Below are positions 7,845-17,485 of a stretch of DNA of 64,000 nt, piece after piece (position 1 is the first letter of the stretch; every line of letters starts with the position of its first letter). The DNA is taken from positions 93,155-157,154 of the forward strand of contig JAFZZK010000020.1 in NCBI GenBank assembly GCA_017615795.1, in the 5' to 3' direction. A program made the position numbers and the translations under genes. The stretch comes from Bacteroidales bacterium. GTDB taxonomy: Bacteria; Bacteroidota; Bacteroidia; Bacteroidales; WCHB1-69. The notes under the pieces are model-generated. The model did not search any database, was not told the origin of the DNA, and saw only the letters and a program-made list of their open reading frames with translations.

Positions 7845-9045
7845 ATTCCTTGATTTTCCGATACAATGTCCGCTCCGAGATATGCAGTTCTTGGGCGGCC
7901 AACTTGCGGTTGTTGTGATTGCGCTCCAAGGCTTTTATGATGGCGGATTTTTCCATCTTGTCCATCGTCAGATCCTCCTCCTCAATAACGATGGAGTCGT
8001 CGTAATGCGGTTCCACCGCCGGCTTGTCCGTGGCGGCGCGGGTGATCTCGATGTCGAGGTCGTTGTCGCGCAAAGGATACTCTTGCAGGCTTTTATTGTT
8101 GGCCGCGACCCTATTGCCCGAGGCGAGGTGGTTGACCGTAGCCTTGAGTTCCGATATTTCCCTCTGCATCTCGGCAATGAACTTAAAGAGGATTTCCCTC
8201 TGAAACTGGTCGTTGTTCTCGCTTTCGGAGCGCACGAGGGCAGGCAGGTTTGAGCCGATGGGAGCTGTGAGGTAAGGGGCAAGCATCTCGGTTGTCAGGG
8301 TGCGGTTGGTCTCCAGCAGGGAAATCTGTTCGGTAACATGCTTCAGTTGCCGCACATTGCCCGGCCATGGGTATTCTTGCAGGAGCTGGCGGGCTCCCTC
8401 GTCCAGCTGAATAGAGGGCACATGGTATTTTTCCGAGAAATCCGTGGTGAATTTGATGAACAGCGGGTAGATGTCGCCCTTGCGCTCACGGAGTGCGGGC
8501 ACATGGATGGGCACCGAGTTGAGACGGTAATAGAGGTCTTCCCGGAACTTGCCCTTGGCGATGCGGTCGGCAATGTTGACATTAGTGGCGGCCACCACGC
8601 GGACGTTGGTCTTGAGCACCTTGGAGGAACCGACGCGGATAAACTCGCCGCTTTCGAGCACACGCAACAGCCGTATTTGCGTGCTTAGGGGCAGGTCGGC
8701 GACCTCATCGAGGAAGACAGTCCCCCCGTCGGCAGACTCGAAATAGCCCCTGCGCAAATCCACCGCACCCGTAAAGGCTCCCTTCTCGTGGCCGAACAAT
8801 TCGGAATCGATGGTCCCTTCGGGGATAGCGCCGCAGTTCACGGCAATGTAGACCCCGTTTTTGCGGTTGCTGTAGTCGTGGATGATGCGCGGGAAATTCT
8901 CCTTGCCCACACCGCTCTCTCCTGTGACAAGCACAGAAAGGTCGGTCTTGGCCACCTGCACAGCCACGTCTATGGCGCGGTCCAATGCCGGGTCAAACCC
9001 TATAATTCCGTAGCGCTGTTTGATGGTGTTCAGATTGGAAATCAT
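7834..9045 (-). CDS. Sigma-54-dependent transcriptional activator (AAA+ plus Fis-type HTH, no sensory domain)
   Basis: Walker A GESGVGKE, the GAFTGA motif (ELFGHEKGAFTGA) and C-terminal HTH LAAQELHISERTLYRKIKEYGL. The start is trimmed to Met16 (MISNLNT) because the ORF-track extension runs through the promoter box at 9064..9071. Confidence 0.9.
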   Translation of the reverse strand: MISNLNTIKQRYGIIGFDPALDRAIDVAVQVAKTDLSVLVTGESGVGKENFPRIIHDYSNRKNGVYIAVNCGAIPEGTIDSELFGHEKGAFTGAVDLRRGYFESADGGTVFLDEVADLPLSTQIRLLRVLESGEFIRVGSSKVLKTNVRVVAATNVNIADRIAKGKFREDLYYRLNSVPIHVPALRERKGDIYPLFIKFTTDFSEKYHVPSIQLDEGARQLLQEYPWPGNVRQLKHVTEQISLLETNRTLTTEMLAPYLTAPIGSNLPALVRSESENNDQFQREILFKFIAEMQREISELKATVNHLASGNRVAANNKSLQEYPLRDNDLDIEITRAATDKPAVEPHYDDSIVIEEEDLTMDKMEKSAIIKALERNHNNRKLAAQELHISERTLYRKIKEYGL

Positions 9046-9063
9046 CACATATTTTTTGGCCTG

Positions 9064-9071
9064 CAAAGGTA
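9064..9071 (-). promoter_or_regulatory. -7 promoter box (TACCTTTG on minus strand) for the sigma-54 activator
   Basis: Plus-strand CAAAGGTA, 19 nt upstream of the trimmed start. Confidence 0.55.
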
Positions 9072-9172
9072 CAAAAAAAATGGGATTCATATACCTGGTG
9101 GCACAAATACATCAGAATAGGTCTGACATAGATGCACTAATCCGGCATGGAGTGTGTTTCCGATTTTTATTG

Positions 9173-9180
9173 TATTTTTG
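9173..9180 (+). promoter_or_regulatory. -7 promoter box (TATTTTTG) for the zinc metallopeptidase gene
   Basis: Exact TAnnTTTG in the divergent intergenic region. Confidence 0.5.
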
Positions 9181-9235
9181 CAGGCGGCAAATTTGAAGCT
9201 TGCCGTTTGTAAAAAACATTGAAATTGTCACGCTT

Positions 9236-9922
9236 ATGTATCTTATTATCTTTATTGTAATCATGGTCCTGAGCTTCATTGTCAGCAAGACCCTGAACGC
9301 GCGCATGGAGAAATACGGCAACATCCGCCTCAGCAGCGGGCTTACCGGCAAGGAGATCGCGGAAAAGATGCTGCACGACAACGGCATCTACGATGTGAAA
9401 GTCACCAGCATTGCAGGTTCGCTCACGGACCACTACAATCCTCAGACCAAGACAGTGAACCTCAGCCAAGTGGTATATAACCAGAACAGCATCGCCGCCG
9501 CCGCTGTCGCCGCGCACGAATGCGGTCATGCCGTGCAGCACGCCACCGCCTACCGATGGCTCACCATGCGCTCACGCCTCGTGCCCATCGTGCAGTTCGG
9601 CTCACAGTGGGCGCAATGGATTCTCCTCGCCGGCATCATCCTGTTGAGTTTCTCAAATCTTCTCGGACGCTGGGTGCTCCTGGTCGGCATCGTGCTCTTC
9701 AGCCTCACCACCCTCTTCTCCCTCATCACCCTGCCTGTGGAATACAACGCCTCCGAACGTGCCGTGGCCTGGCTTGACGAAACTGGCATCACCTCCGGTG
9801 AAGAGACCACGATGGCCAAGGACGGCCTCAAATGGGCCGCCCGCACCTACCTCATCGCCGCCCTCTCCTCCCTCGCCACCCTGTTGTATTACATCATGAT
9901 ATACATGGGAAGACGAGACTGA
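9236..9922 (+). CDS. Membrane zinc metallopeptidase (Zn_peptidase_2 family)
   Basis: N-terminal TM segment, LTGKEIAEKML...SLTDHYNP..K.V.LS, an HExxH motif (AAHECGHAVQH) and C-terminal TM helices. Start taken at the ATG (MYLIIF). Confidence 0.8.
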   Translation: MYLIIFIVIMVLSFIVSKTLNARMEKYGNIRLSSGLTGKEIAEKMLHDNGIYDVKVTSIAGSLTDHYNPQTKTVNLSQVVYNQNSIAAAAVAAHECGHAVQHATAYRWLTMRSRLVPIVQFGSQWAQWILLAGIILLSFSNLLGRWVLLVGIVLFSLTTLFSLITLPVEYNASERAVAWLDETGITSGEETTMAKDGLKWAARTYLIAALSSLATLLYYIMIYMGRRD

Positions 9923-9973
9923 TGGCATTAGAAAACAGCATTTTATCACTTCCATGCAATAAAACACATTATT

Positions 9974-11083
9974 ATGAAAAATTTTGGTTGCACTATATTA
10001 CTATTATGCGCAACGTGCCTTTTCGTAAATGCACAAAAGAACGTATATAAACTGCCCCTCGACAGCAACTCGCCCGTCAAGGGACAAACCTGCTGCTACA
10101 TGCTGCCCACCACCGGCTTCCAAGTCACCCTCTCCGTGACCAAGGTGCGCGACATCAAAGGTTACTACGCCGACCAAGCCGAGTCACTCCTCGGCTTGAC
10201 AAACGTCATCGAAGAGAACCGCACTTATTATAAAGTCGGCGAAATCGCCCTCAAGCCTGTACAACTCCCCGATGTCAACGAGGCCTATTTGGTGGAGCTT
10301 TCCCCAAAACAGATTAAGAACAACTTCGCGGACAAAGCGGCCAAAAGCAAAGCCCTCACGCCCCATTTAGACAAGGAGACACGCTGCTACACAACTTCCT
10401 CTACCCCTATTCCCGATTTCTTCAAAAACTATTCCGAGCTCTCCTACTCCGAGCAAGAGGACTCCTATATGGAGACCAAGATCATCGATGGTGTGGTGAC
10501 ACAAGTGCCCGCCAACAAGACCCGCAAGGTGTCCAAATCCAACCTCCAGAAAGCCCAGGAAGCCGCCGATGCCATCAGCAAAAGTCGCAAAGACCAATAC
10601 AACCTCGTGTCCGGCGAACAGGAAACACCCTACTCCGAAGAGGCTCTTTCCCGCATGCTCAAAGAACTCAAGCAGTGGGAAGAAAACTACCTTTCCCTAT
10701 TCACGGGGCTCAGTCTCGAAGACGAAATCATCTACACATTCTATGTCATCCCCGACCAATCCATGTCCTGTCCGCTCTTCGCCTTCGATCCCACCAAAGG
10801 AGTCTCTTTCGACAACCTTACGGGCAACAACGTCTATAGATTGGAACTCAGTCCGATGCTATCCACAAGTGCTGTCAGCGACAAGCTCAACGAGCTTCAA
10901 GACAGTCAAAAGGCCAAGGGTTACCGCTTCCGCAGTGCCGTGCCCATGCACGTTAAAATGAACCTCCAAGGCAAACAAGTCTTCGATTTCGGAAATTTCA
11001 ACATGAGCCAATATGGGCGCATTCAAACCTTGCCGGCCAACTCAAGCACGGCGGATCTGCAACGTTACGGCTTCATTTTCTAA
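9974..11083 (+). CDS. Secreted hypothetical protein (possibly DUF4831-like)
   Basis: 369 aa with signal peptide MKNFGCTILLLCATCLFVNAQ. The family assignment is from memory only. Confidence 0.55.
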   Translation: MKNFGCTILLLCATCLFVNAQKNVYKLPLDSNSPVKGQTCCYMLPTTGFQVTLSVTKVRDIKGYYADQAESLLGLTNVIEENRTYYKVGEIALKPVQLPDVNEAYLVELSPKQIKNNFADKAAKSKALTPHLDKETRCYTTSSTPIPDFFKNYSELSYSEQEDSYMETKIIDGVVTQVPANKTRKVSKSNLQKAQEAADAISKSRKDQYNLVSGEQETPYSEEALSRMLKELKQWEENYLSLFTGLSLEDEIIYTFYVIPDQSMSCPLFAFDPTKGVSFDNLTGNNVYRLELSPMLSTSAVSDKLNELQDSQKAKGYRFRSAVPMHVKMNLQGKQVFDFGNFNMSQYGRIQTLPANSSTADLQRYGFIF

Positions 11084-11086
11084 GAT

Positions 11087-11602
11087 ATGAGCTGCAAATT
11101 CCATTTTTCCACCGCTATCACAGTCCTGCTTTTCAGTGCGCTTGTCTTTTGCAGTGCCTGTAAAGGCACCGACGGCAACAAGCTTCAACGGGAGATGAAG
11201 CCCTTGGCCAAAGCATACCTCCAAGAGGAAAACATCCAAGACTACAAAGAGCTGACCATCGAATGCGTGGACACGATCACCGAGATTGGCTATGCGCAAC
11301 TGACCCTCGAACTGCTCCACAACATGGAGGCGGATGCGGAAGAACAATACGCCAACCAGGAGGGTGAGCACAGCACCGAAGTGCAATATCTCCTCCTGAA
11401 AGACATCTATCACGCAGAAGAAGACCTTGAGGCTCTCTTGGACGGAGAGTCGCTTAGCAGCAAAAAAATCCTGCTCTACATGGTCACTGCCTCCTACTTG
11501 ACCAATGGCAAGCAGAAACAAGAGTTTATCTTCTTGGTCAACTCCGACAAGAAGAGCCTGCACACATTAGATCCTTTCGGAGACAACCTTCTACTCCAAT
11601 AA
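11087..11602 (+). CDS. Hypothetical lipoprotein
   Basis: 171 aa. Signal plus Cys (LLFSALVFCSACKG). Lies 3 nt after the upstream gene. Confidence 0.55.
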   Translation: MSCKFHFSTAITVLLFSALVFCSACKGTDGNKLQREMKPLAKAYLQEENIQDYKELTIECVDTITEIGYAQLTLELLHNMEADAEEQYANQEGEHSTEVQYLLLKDIYHAEEDLEALLDGESLSSKKILLYMVTASYLTNGKQKQEFIFLVNSDKKSLHTLDPFGDNLLLQ

Positions 11603-11613
11603 AACAAAGTCAG

Positions 11614-12570
11614 ATGTCCGGCACCGACCATTTCCAATGGGGCGACGGGCGTCGCTACTATTCTTACAATGCCTTCATGAAAGCCCGCTATGGCGGGCGC
11701 GTGCAGAAGCTCCCCGTCGATGCGGGATTCACCTGCCCCAACCGCGACGGCACACGCGGTACAGGAGGCTGTTCGTATTGCCTGAACAAAGCGTTCAACC
11801 CATCGTATTGCACCCCCGTCAAAAGCATCGCCGAGCAGCTTCGGGAGGGCATGTCATTCCATCTCCACCACAACCGCAACATCAAGGGCTACATCGCCTA
11901 CTTTCAGGCATTCTCCAACACGTATGCGCCTGTGGAGCATCTCCGTGCGCTGCACGGGGAGGCCCTGAACGTTCCTGACATCGTGGGCATCACCATCGCC
12001 ACGCGCCCCGACTGCCTCGGCAGTGACATTCTCGACTACTTGCAGGAGCTTTCCGAACAGACGCACCTGTGCGTGGAGGTCGGGGTGGAAAGTTGCCGCG
12101 ACGAGACACTGCGCCGCATCCATCGCGGTCACGACTTCGCCTGCTCGCAACATGCCATAGGGCAACTGCACGCCCGCGGCATCGAGTGCGGGGTCCACCT
12201 TATCTTCGGCCTTCCCGGGGAAAATCCGGGCCAATGGTTAGAAGATGTCCATAAGGTCAACGCCCTGCCCATGCAGCACATCAAGTTCCATCAACTACAA
12301 ATCATCAAAGGCACGGTGATGGAGCGCGAATATTTAGAACATCCGATTGATTTTCACCATTTTACACTCACAGAATATGCGGCATTCGTGACGGACTATT
12401 TGTCGGAACTCCGTCCCGACATCGCCGTGGAGCGATTTGCAAGCGCGGTTCCCCCACGTTATACTGCCACATCCGGCTGGCACGGCGTGAAGTACGATGC
12501 CGTTGTGAAAGCGGTGGAACAACGACTGGACAAAAACGGCAGCTATCAGGGAAAAAATTACTCTTTATGA
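11614..12570 (+). CDS. TIGR01212-family radical SAM protein
   Basis: The N-terminus Y.YN.F.K..YG.RV.K...DAGFTCPNRDG..G.GGCSYC is characteristic of this family. Confidence 0.85.
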   Translation: MSGTDHFQWGDGRRYYSYNAFMKARYGGRVQKLPVDAGFTCPNRDGTRGTGGCSYCLNKAFNPSYCTPVKSIAEQLREGMSFHLHHNRNIKGYIAYFQAFSNTYAPVEHLRALHGEALNVPDIVGITIATRPDCLGSDILDYLQELSEQTHLCVEVGVESCRDETLRRIHRGHDFACSQHAIGQLHARGIECGVHLIFGLPGENPGQWLEDVHKVNALPMQHIKFHQLQIIKGTVMEREYLEHPIDFHHFTLTEYAAFVTDYLSELRPDIAVERFASAVPPRYTATSGWHGVKYDAVVKAVEQRLDKNGSYQGKNYSL

Positions 12571-13448
12571 AAAAAAGGATACTATTCATTGTCAACCCTA
12601 TTGCAGGACACCATCGCAAAGGATTCTTCGCCCGCTCGGTGAAGACTTTTTTGGATATCAAGCAATACGACTACACCATTCTGCACACCGAATACGCAGG
12701 ACACGGACAGTTGTTAGCTGAACAAGGTGTGCGAGAGGGGTACGACATCGTGGCGGCGGTAGGCGGGGACGGCACCATCAATGAGGTTGCCAAAGCGCTG
12801 ATTGGCACAGAAACGGCCTTGGCCATCATCGCCTACGGGTCTGGCAACGGACTGGCGCGCAGTCTGCATCTCCCCTTGCTGCACATCAACGCCATCAAAC
12901 TGCTCAACACGGGAAAAATCCACACCATTGACACAGCTTCGGTCAACGGCATCCCTTTTGTCAGCATTGCCGGCATCGGTCTTGACGCACAGACAGCCTA
13001 CGATTTCTCCAACGACCCTCGCCGCGGGTTTCTGCCATACGCCCGGTATGCCCTCGAGAACTACATTCACTTCTCCCCGCAGATCTACACCCTCACCTTC
13101 GACGGACAGAGCACCCTTGAATGCAGCCCGCTGCTGATTTCGTTTGCCAACGCCAACCAGTTCGGATACAACGCCGTCATCGCCCCGCACTCCGACCTGG
13201 CCGACGGGCTGCTGAATGTCTGCATCCTCAACCGCCCCCCACTGCACCGCGCCGCCCTCGTGGCTTCACAACTTCTGCTCGAACGCCTTGACCATTCACG
13301 TTATTTCACCGAAATCAAGGCCGAGCACATCTCCGTGCATCGCCCAAGCCCCGCCGTGGTCAACATCGACGGCGAGCCCATGATGTTCCCGGAAGACCTC
13401 GACATCACCATACGGCCATCCTCCTTGAGGGTGATGTTAAAAAAGTAA
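12567..13448 (+). CDS. Diacylglycerol/lipid kinase family protein (YegS/BmrU type)
   Basis: ILFIVNPIAG..., the AVGGDGTINEV motif and GSGNGLARSL. An ATGA start/stop overlap with the upstream gene suggests translational coupling. Confidence 0.85.
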   Translation: MKKRILFIVNPIAGHHRKGFFARSVKTFLDIKQYDYTILHTEYAGHGQLLAEQGVREGYDIVAAVGGDGTINEVAKALIGTETALAIIAYGSGNGLARSLHLPLLHINAIKLLNTGKIHTIDTASVNGIPFVSIAGIGLDAQTAYDFSNDPRRGFLPYARYALENYIHFSPQIYTLTFDGQSTLECSPLLISFANANQFGYNAVIAPHSDLADGLLNVCILNRPPLHRAALVASQLLLERLDHSRYFTEIKAEHISVHRPSPAVVNIDGEPMMFPEDLDITIRPSSLRVMLKK

Positions 13449-15824
13449 ACTCAACGATTTGTAATTCGGCATTCCAAAATAGGATGTCTTCGTAGCAACC
13501 TTCTTGCCATTTATCTTCAATGTAGCGTTCATGCGGTCGCACCCTGCGGGACGCAGAGTGGCAACCTGCACGGCTCCGTCAGAAGGGACAGTCACGGTTT
13601 TGTTTCCTGTGACGGACATGGCAGAATTTCCGCCCATTTTATCCAAGGTCCACTCCACGGTGCATTTTACAGCAGAGAGGGAATCGTTCACGACATAGAG
13701 TTCCATGAGGGTGTCGCCACGATGGCGCACGGCGAGGGCCACATTGGCGTAGGCGTCCTTCAAGCGGTGGTGCAGCAGTTTCCAGCGGCCCGAGCAGTCA
13801 ATACTGCTCCACGAGGCCACCGGCCAGCAGTCGTTAAGCTGCCAATAGAGCGTGCCCCGGCAACGCTCGCGGTCAATGCGGTGGGCGTCGATGGCCTGCA
13901 CAATGCCCTCGGCCTGCACCCACTGGCTGACAAGCGCGAACTCCGCCAGATTGTCGGTCTTGGTGTATCCCAGTTCCTGCATGGCCTTGCGGATGATCAC
14001 CACACCGCGCCCGTGCTTCTGATGGTTGTTCATCGACGGAGATCCCAAATGCAGTTCGCTTTCCGGCACATATTGTTCCCATAACGCATATTCGGGATAA
14101 GATTGGAAGCCATACTCTGTCATGAATCGCCCAGTCTTTTCAGGCCACACGGAGAAGGGCAGCTCACCCCACCAGACACCCCAATAGTGGGAGCAGCCAT
14201 GGGTGGTACACTCCTGATGCCCCCACCCATACGTAGGCGACGAAGAGACATAATTGCCATCTGGTTGCAACTTTTTTATTGTATTCGGCAATATGTCTTC
14301 AAAAAGCTGATGAAAATCGGCATATAGTTGTGCATTCACCTCTTCCGACCATTGCAGGGAGGTTTGCCAGCCCCAGTCCTCAAGGCCGTTGTGCACCTCG
14401 TTGTTGCTGCACCAGATGGCGATGCAGGGATGGTTGCGCAGGCGCGTGACCTGTTCCACCGCCTCCTGTTGGGCATTCTTCAGGAACGCCTCGTCGCCGG
14501 GATAGGGATTGCAGGCATACATAAAGTCCTGCCACACGAGCAGCCCGAACTGATCGCAATAGTTGTAGAAAGCATCGTCTTCATAAACGCCTCCGCCCCA
14601 AACACGCACCATATTCATGTTCACGGCTTTGCAGTCGTGCAACAGCTGATAATAACGGTCATTGCCCTCGGGTCGGCACATTGTGCCGGGATAGGAGGAG
14701 GCTGGAATCCAGTTGGCACCGCGCATAAAGCAGGGTTTCCCGTTGACCTCAAAGGCAAACGACTCGCCGATGGCGTCCTTCTCGCGCTGGAGCTTCACCG
14801 TGCGCAGGCCATGCACCACGGGCGCGTGCTCACTTTTGCGCGCGCGGTTCTCCAAACGGACTGTATAATAGTAGAGATGAGGCTCTCCCATGCCATTGGG
14901 CCACCACAACTTGGGATGGGGAATCTCAACCAACTGCGAGAGCTTGTTCTCGCCCGGCTTGAGGCGCACCTTCTGCCGAAACGTCAAATTGACACCGTCC
15001 GCATCGTTGACCTCCACAAAAAGTGTGGCCTTGGTTTCCTTATCAGACAGCACGTTGACCTCCACAGTGGTTTCCCATGTGCCGGCAGTATCCGTCGTGG
15101 GTTTCGTGTCGCGCACATAGACATCCTCCACGCGGTAGTCGCTATAACTGCGGATATAGACATTTTTCCAAATGCCGCAGGTAATCAGCTTCGGCCCCCA
15201 ATCCCAGCCCGACTCGTACTGGGCCTTGCGGGAAAAGACGCGCGCGTCGGGGAGCTGGTAGGGCAAGGTCTCTGCAGCGGCACGTTCTATGGAGACCGAC
15301 GAGTAAAACCTGACAAGCAACTCATTATGCTTATCCTTCAAATCATCGGGAAGATCGAACGTCCAGCGGCGGAACATATTGTTCGGGCACCCGGTGCCGT
15401 CGGTAGTTGTCATTTTCTTACCATTCAAGATAACCTCTGCATAGGTGTCCAAACCTTCAAAAACAAGCTGCCTATAGTCGAATGCCCGGCTACCGGCGCA
15501 ATCCCTGTCGAAATAGAGCCGATAAGTCCAGACACTGTCGGCAACCCATTGCACAGAATCCTCGTTGGTACCATAATACGGGTCCGGTATCAGATGGTTG
15601 TGCAACAGGTCGTCGTGGATGTTGCCGGGTACTGTGGCGGGATACCACTTGCCTTGGTATTCAAACTCCCAGTCGTTGCTGATGCAGCCGAACTTGGAAT
15701 TCAGGTATCGAACCACTTCGGAAGGCGACAAACTCTTGGTCCCGCAGCCTGATAAAAACAGGGTTAACGCTGCCAGTCCCGTGACAAATATCGCATAGAA
15801 TTTATTCAGCGACTTCATATTCAT
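13437..15824 (-). CDS. Glycoside hydrolase family 2, beta-mannosidase-like lipoprotein
   Basis: WYPATVPGNIHDDLL..LIPDPYYG, the acid/base region WCSNNEV and the nucleophile region TEYGFQSYPE. Lipobox LSGC. Start trimmed to MNMKSL because the ORF-track start overlaps the promoter box. Confidence 0.85.
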   Translation of the reverse strand: MNMKSLNKFYAIFVTGLAALTLFLSGCGTKSLSPSEVVRYLNSKFGCISNDWEFEYQGKWYPATVPGNIHDDLLHNHLIPDPYYGTNEDSVQWVADSVWTYRLYFDRDCAGSRAFDYRQLVFEGLDTYAEVILNGKKMTTTDGTGCPNNMFRRWTFDLPDDLKDKHNELLVRFYSSVSIERAAAETLPYQLPDARVFSRKAQYESGWDWGPKLITCGIWKNVYIRSYSDYRVEDVYVRDTKPTTDTAGTWETTVEVNVLSDKETKATLFVEVNDADGVNLTFRQKVRLKPGENKLSQLVEIPHPKLWWPNGMGEPHLYYYTVRLENRARKSEHAPVVHGLRTVKLQREKDAIGESFAFEVNGKPCFMRGANWIPASSYPGTMCRPEGNDRYYQLLHDCKAVNMNMVRVWGGGVYEDDAFYNYCDQFGLLVWQDFMYACNPYPGDEAFLKNAQQEAVEQVTRLRNHPCIAIWCSNNEVHNGLEDWGWQTSLQWSEEVNAQLYADFHQLFEDILPNTIKKLQPDGNYVSSSPTYGWGHQECTTHGCSHYWGVWWGELPFSVWPEKTGRFMTEYGFQSYPEYALWEQYVPESELHLGSPSMNNHQKHGRGVVIIRKAMQELGYTKTDNLAEFALVSQWVQAEGIVQAIDAHRIDRERCRGTLYWQLNDCWPVASWSSIDCSGRWKLLHHRLKDAYANVALAVRHRGDTLMELYVVNDSLSAVKCTVEWTLDKMGGNSAMSVTGNKTVTVPSDGAVQVATLRPAGCDRMNATLKINGKKVATKTSYFGMPNYKSLSLLF

Positions 15825-15846
15825 GATTTTTTCAAATTCGGGTTGG

Positions 15847-15854
15847 CAAAAGTA
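15847..15854 (-). promoter_or_regulatory. -7 promoter box (TACTTTTG on minus strand) for the GH2 gene
   Basis: Plus-strand CAAAAGTA. Confidence 0.5.
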
Positions 15855-15878
15855 CAAAAAAGCTGTTTATTTTTTTCG

Positions 15879-15886
15879 TATTTTTG
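15879..15886 (+). promoter_or_regulatory. -7 promoter box (TATTTTTG) for gltX
   Basis: Exact TAnnTTTG, 21 nt upstream of the ATG. Confidence 0.55.
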
Positions 15887-15906
15887 CAGGCTAAAAAAAG
15901 AAAAAA

Positions 15907-17421
15907 ATGAATCCAAGAGTACGTTTTGCCCCATCCCCCACGGGTCCTCTGCACATTGGCGGTGTAAGGACAGCCTTATATAACTATCTGTTCGCCAAGA
16001 AAAACAACGGCACGCTGTTGCTGCGTATCGAGGACACCGACCAGACACGCTTCGTGGAAGGTGCCGAAGCCTACATCATCGAGGCCTTCGAATGGCTGGG
16101 CATCAAATTCGACGAAGGAGTCGGCATTGGCGGTGAATACGGTCCCTACCGCCAGTCGGAGCGCAAGACCATGTACAAGCCTTACGCCGAGCAGCTGGTA
16201 CACGACGGCTGGGCATACTACGCCTTCGACACGCCCGAATCGCTCGATGCCAAACGCAAGGAAGCCGAAAGCCAGAAGAAGACTTTCCAATACGACGCCA
16301 GCACCCGCATGGGCATGGTCAACTCGCTGACGCTGCCCGCCGACGAGGTGGAGCGTCGCCTCGCCTCCGGAGAGCCCTTTGTGGTGCGCTTCAAATATCC
16401 CGACAACGTGGACATCCATGTCCACGACCTCGTGCGCGGCGAGGTCGTCATCAACTCCTCCCTGCTCGACGACAAGGTGCTGTACAAGTCTGACGGGATG
16501 CCCACCTATCATCTGGCCAACATCGTGGACGACCACACGATGAAAATCACGCACGTCATCCGCGGCGAGGAGTGGCTTCCCTCCGCCCCGCTGCACGTGA
16601 TGCTCTACAAGGCCTTCGGCTGGGAGGCCCCGCAGTTCGCGCACCTGCCCCTGCTGCTTAAACCTGACGGCAACGGCAAGCTCAGCAAGCGCGACGGCGA
16701 CCGCCTCGGTTTCCCCGTGTTCCCGCTGCAGTGGACCGACCCCAAGAGCGGCGAGACCTCCTCGGGCTACCGTGAGTCGGGATACCTGCCCGAAGCCGTC
16801 ATCAACATGCTGGCCCTCCTCGGATGGAACCCCGGCAACGACCAGGAGATGATGACCCTGCAAGAACTCATCGACGCCTTCTCCATCGAAAAAATCAGCA
16901 AGGCCGGTGCCAAGTTCTCCCTCGACAAGGCCAAATGGTTCAACCATGAATATATCCAGAAGAAAAGTGCCGACGAACTTTATCCATATTTTGAGAAAAT
17001 TTTAGAAAAAAAACAGATTAGCTGCAACGCGGACTATCTCAAAAACGTTATAGACTTGATTAAGGACAGATTGAATTTCATCAATGATTTCTGGGAACAG
17101 GCCTGTTATTTCTTCGAAGCACCGACGGAATACGACCCGCAAGCCCTGAAGAAGAGATGGAAAGAGGGCACAGGAGCGCACCTGAAGGTCATCGACGATA
17201 TGCTGATGTCGTTCCAGCCCTTCGACAAGCAGAAGGCTCAGGACACCGTGATGCAGTACATTCAGGACAACGGGCTTAATATGGGACAGATCCTGAACAG
17301 CGTGCGCATCGCGTTGGTGGGCACTGCCCGCGGCCCCGAGCTCTTCACGATGATCGAGCTCATGGGCACGGAAGAAGTCCACCGCCGCATCGAGAGAGCC
17401 GTCGCCATCGTCAACCTCTGA
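15907..17421 (+). CDS. gltX: Glutamate--tRNA ligase
   Basis: [27 protein letters not shown] (HIGH motif) and KLSKRDG (KMSKS-type motif). 504 aa. Confidence 0.95.
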   Translation: MNPRVRFAPSPTGPLHIGGVRTALYNYLFAKKNNGTLLLRIEDTDQTRFVEGAEAYIIEAFEWLGIKFDEGVGIGGEYGPYRQSERKTMYKPYAEQLVHDGWAYYAFDTPESLDAKRKEAESQKKTFQYDASTRMGMVNSLTLPADEVERRLASGEPFVVRFKYPDNVDIHVHDLVRGEVVINSSLLDDKVLYKSDGMPTYHLANIVDDHTMKITHVIRGEEWLPSAPLHVMLYKAFGWEAPQFAHLPLLLKPDGNGKLSKRDGDRLGFPVFPLQWTDPKSGETSSGYRESGYLPEAVINMLALLGWNPGNDQEMMTLQELIDAFSIEKISKAGAKFSLDKAKWFNHEYIQKKSADELYPYFEKILEKKQISCNADYLKNVIDLIKDRLNFINDFWEQACYFFEAPTEYDPQALKKRWKEGTGAHLKVIDDMLMSFQPFDKQKAQDTVMQYIQDNGLNMGQILNSVRIALVGTARGPELFTMIELMGTEEVHRRIERAVAIVNL

Positions 17422-17485
17422 TCCGAATGCACAGGCATCGCACCTGCCAAAACAAAACACGGAAAACCAACAGTACACACTGAAT

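Noticed and set aside
14328-15752. 474-aa + strand ORF inside the GH2 gene, and the similar cases 15976..16947 (gltX), 22482..23789 (tex), 25492..26799 (Fe-S protein), 27848..28828 (uvrA-like), 30315..31028, 40193..41191, 49287..50306, 57728..58414, 59189..60322, 61961..62596 and 62630..63610
   Set aside because: All are long reverse-strand frames within genes that have strong motif support. This is typical of stop-codon depletion on the antisense strand of ~55% GC coding DNA.
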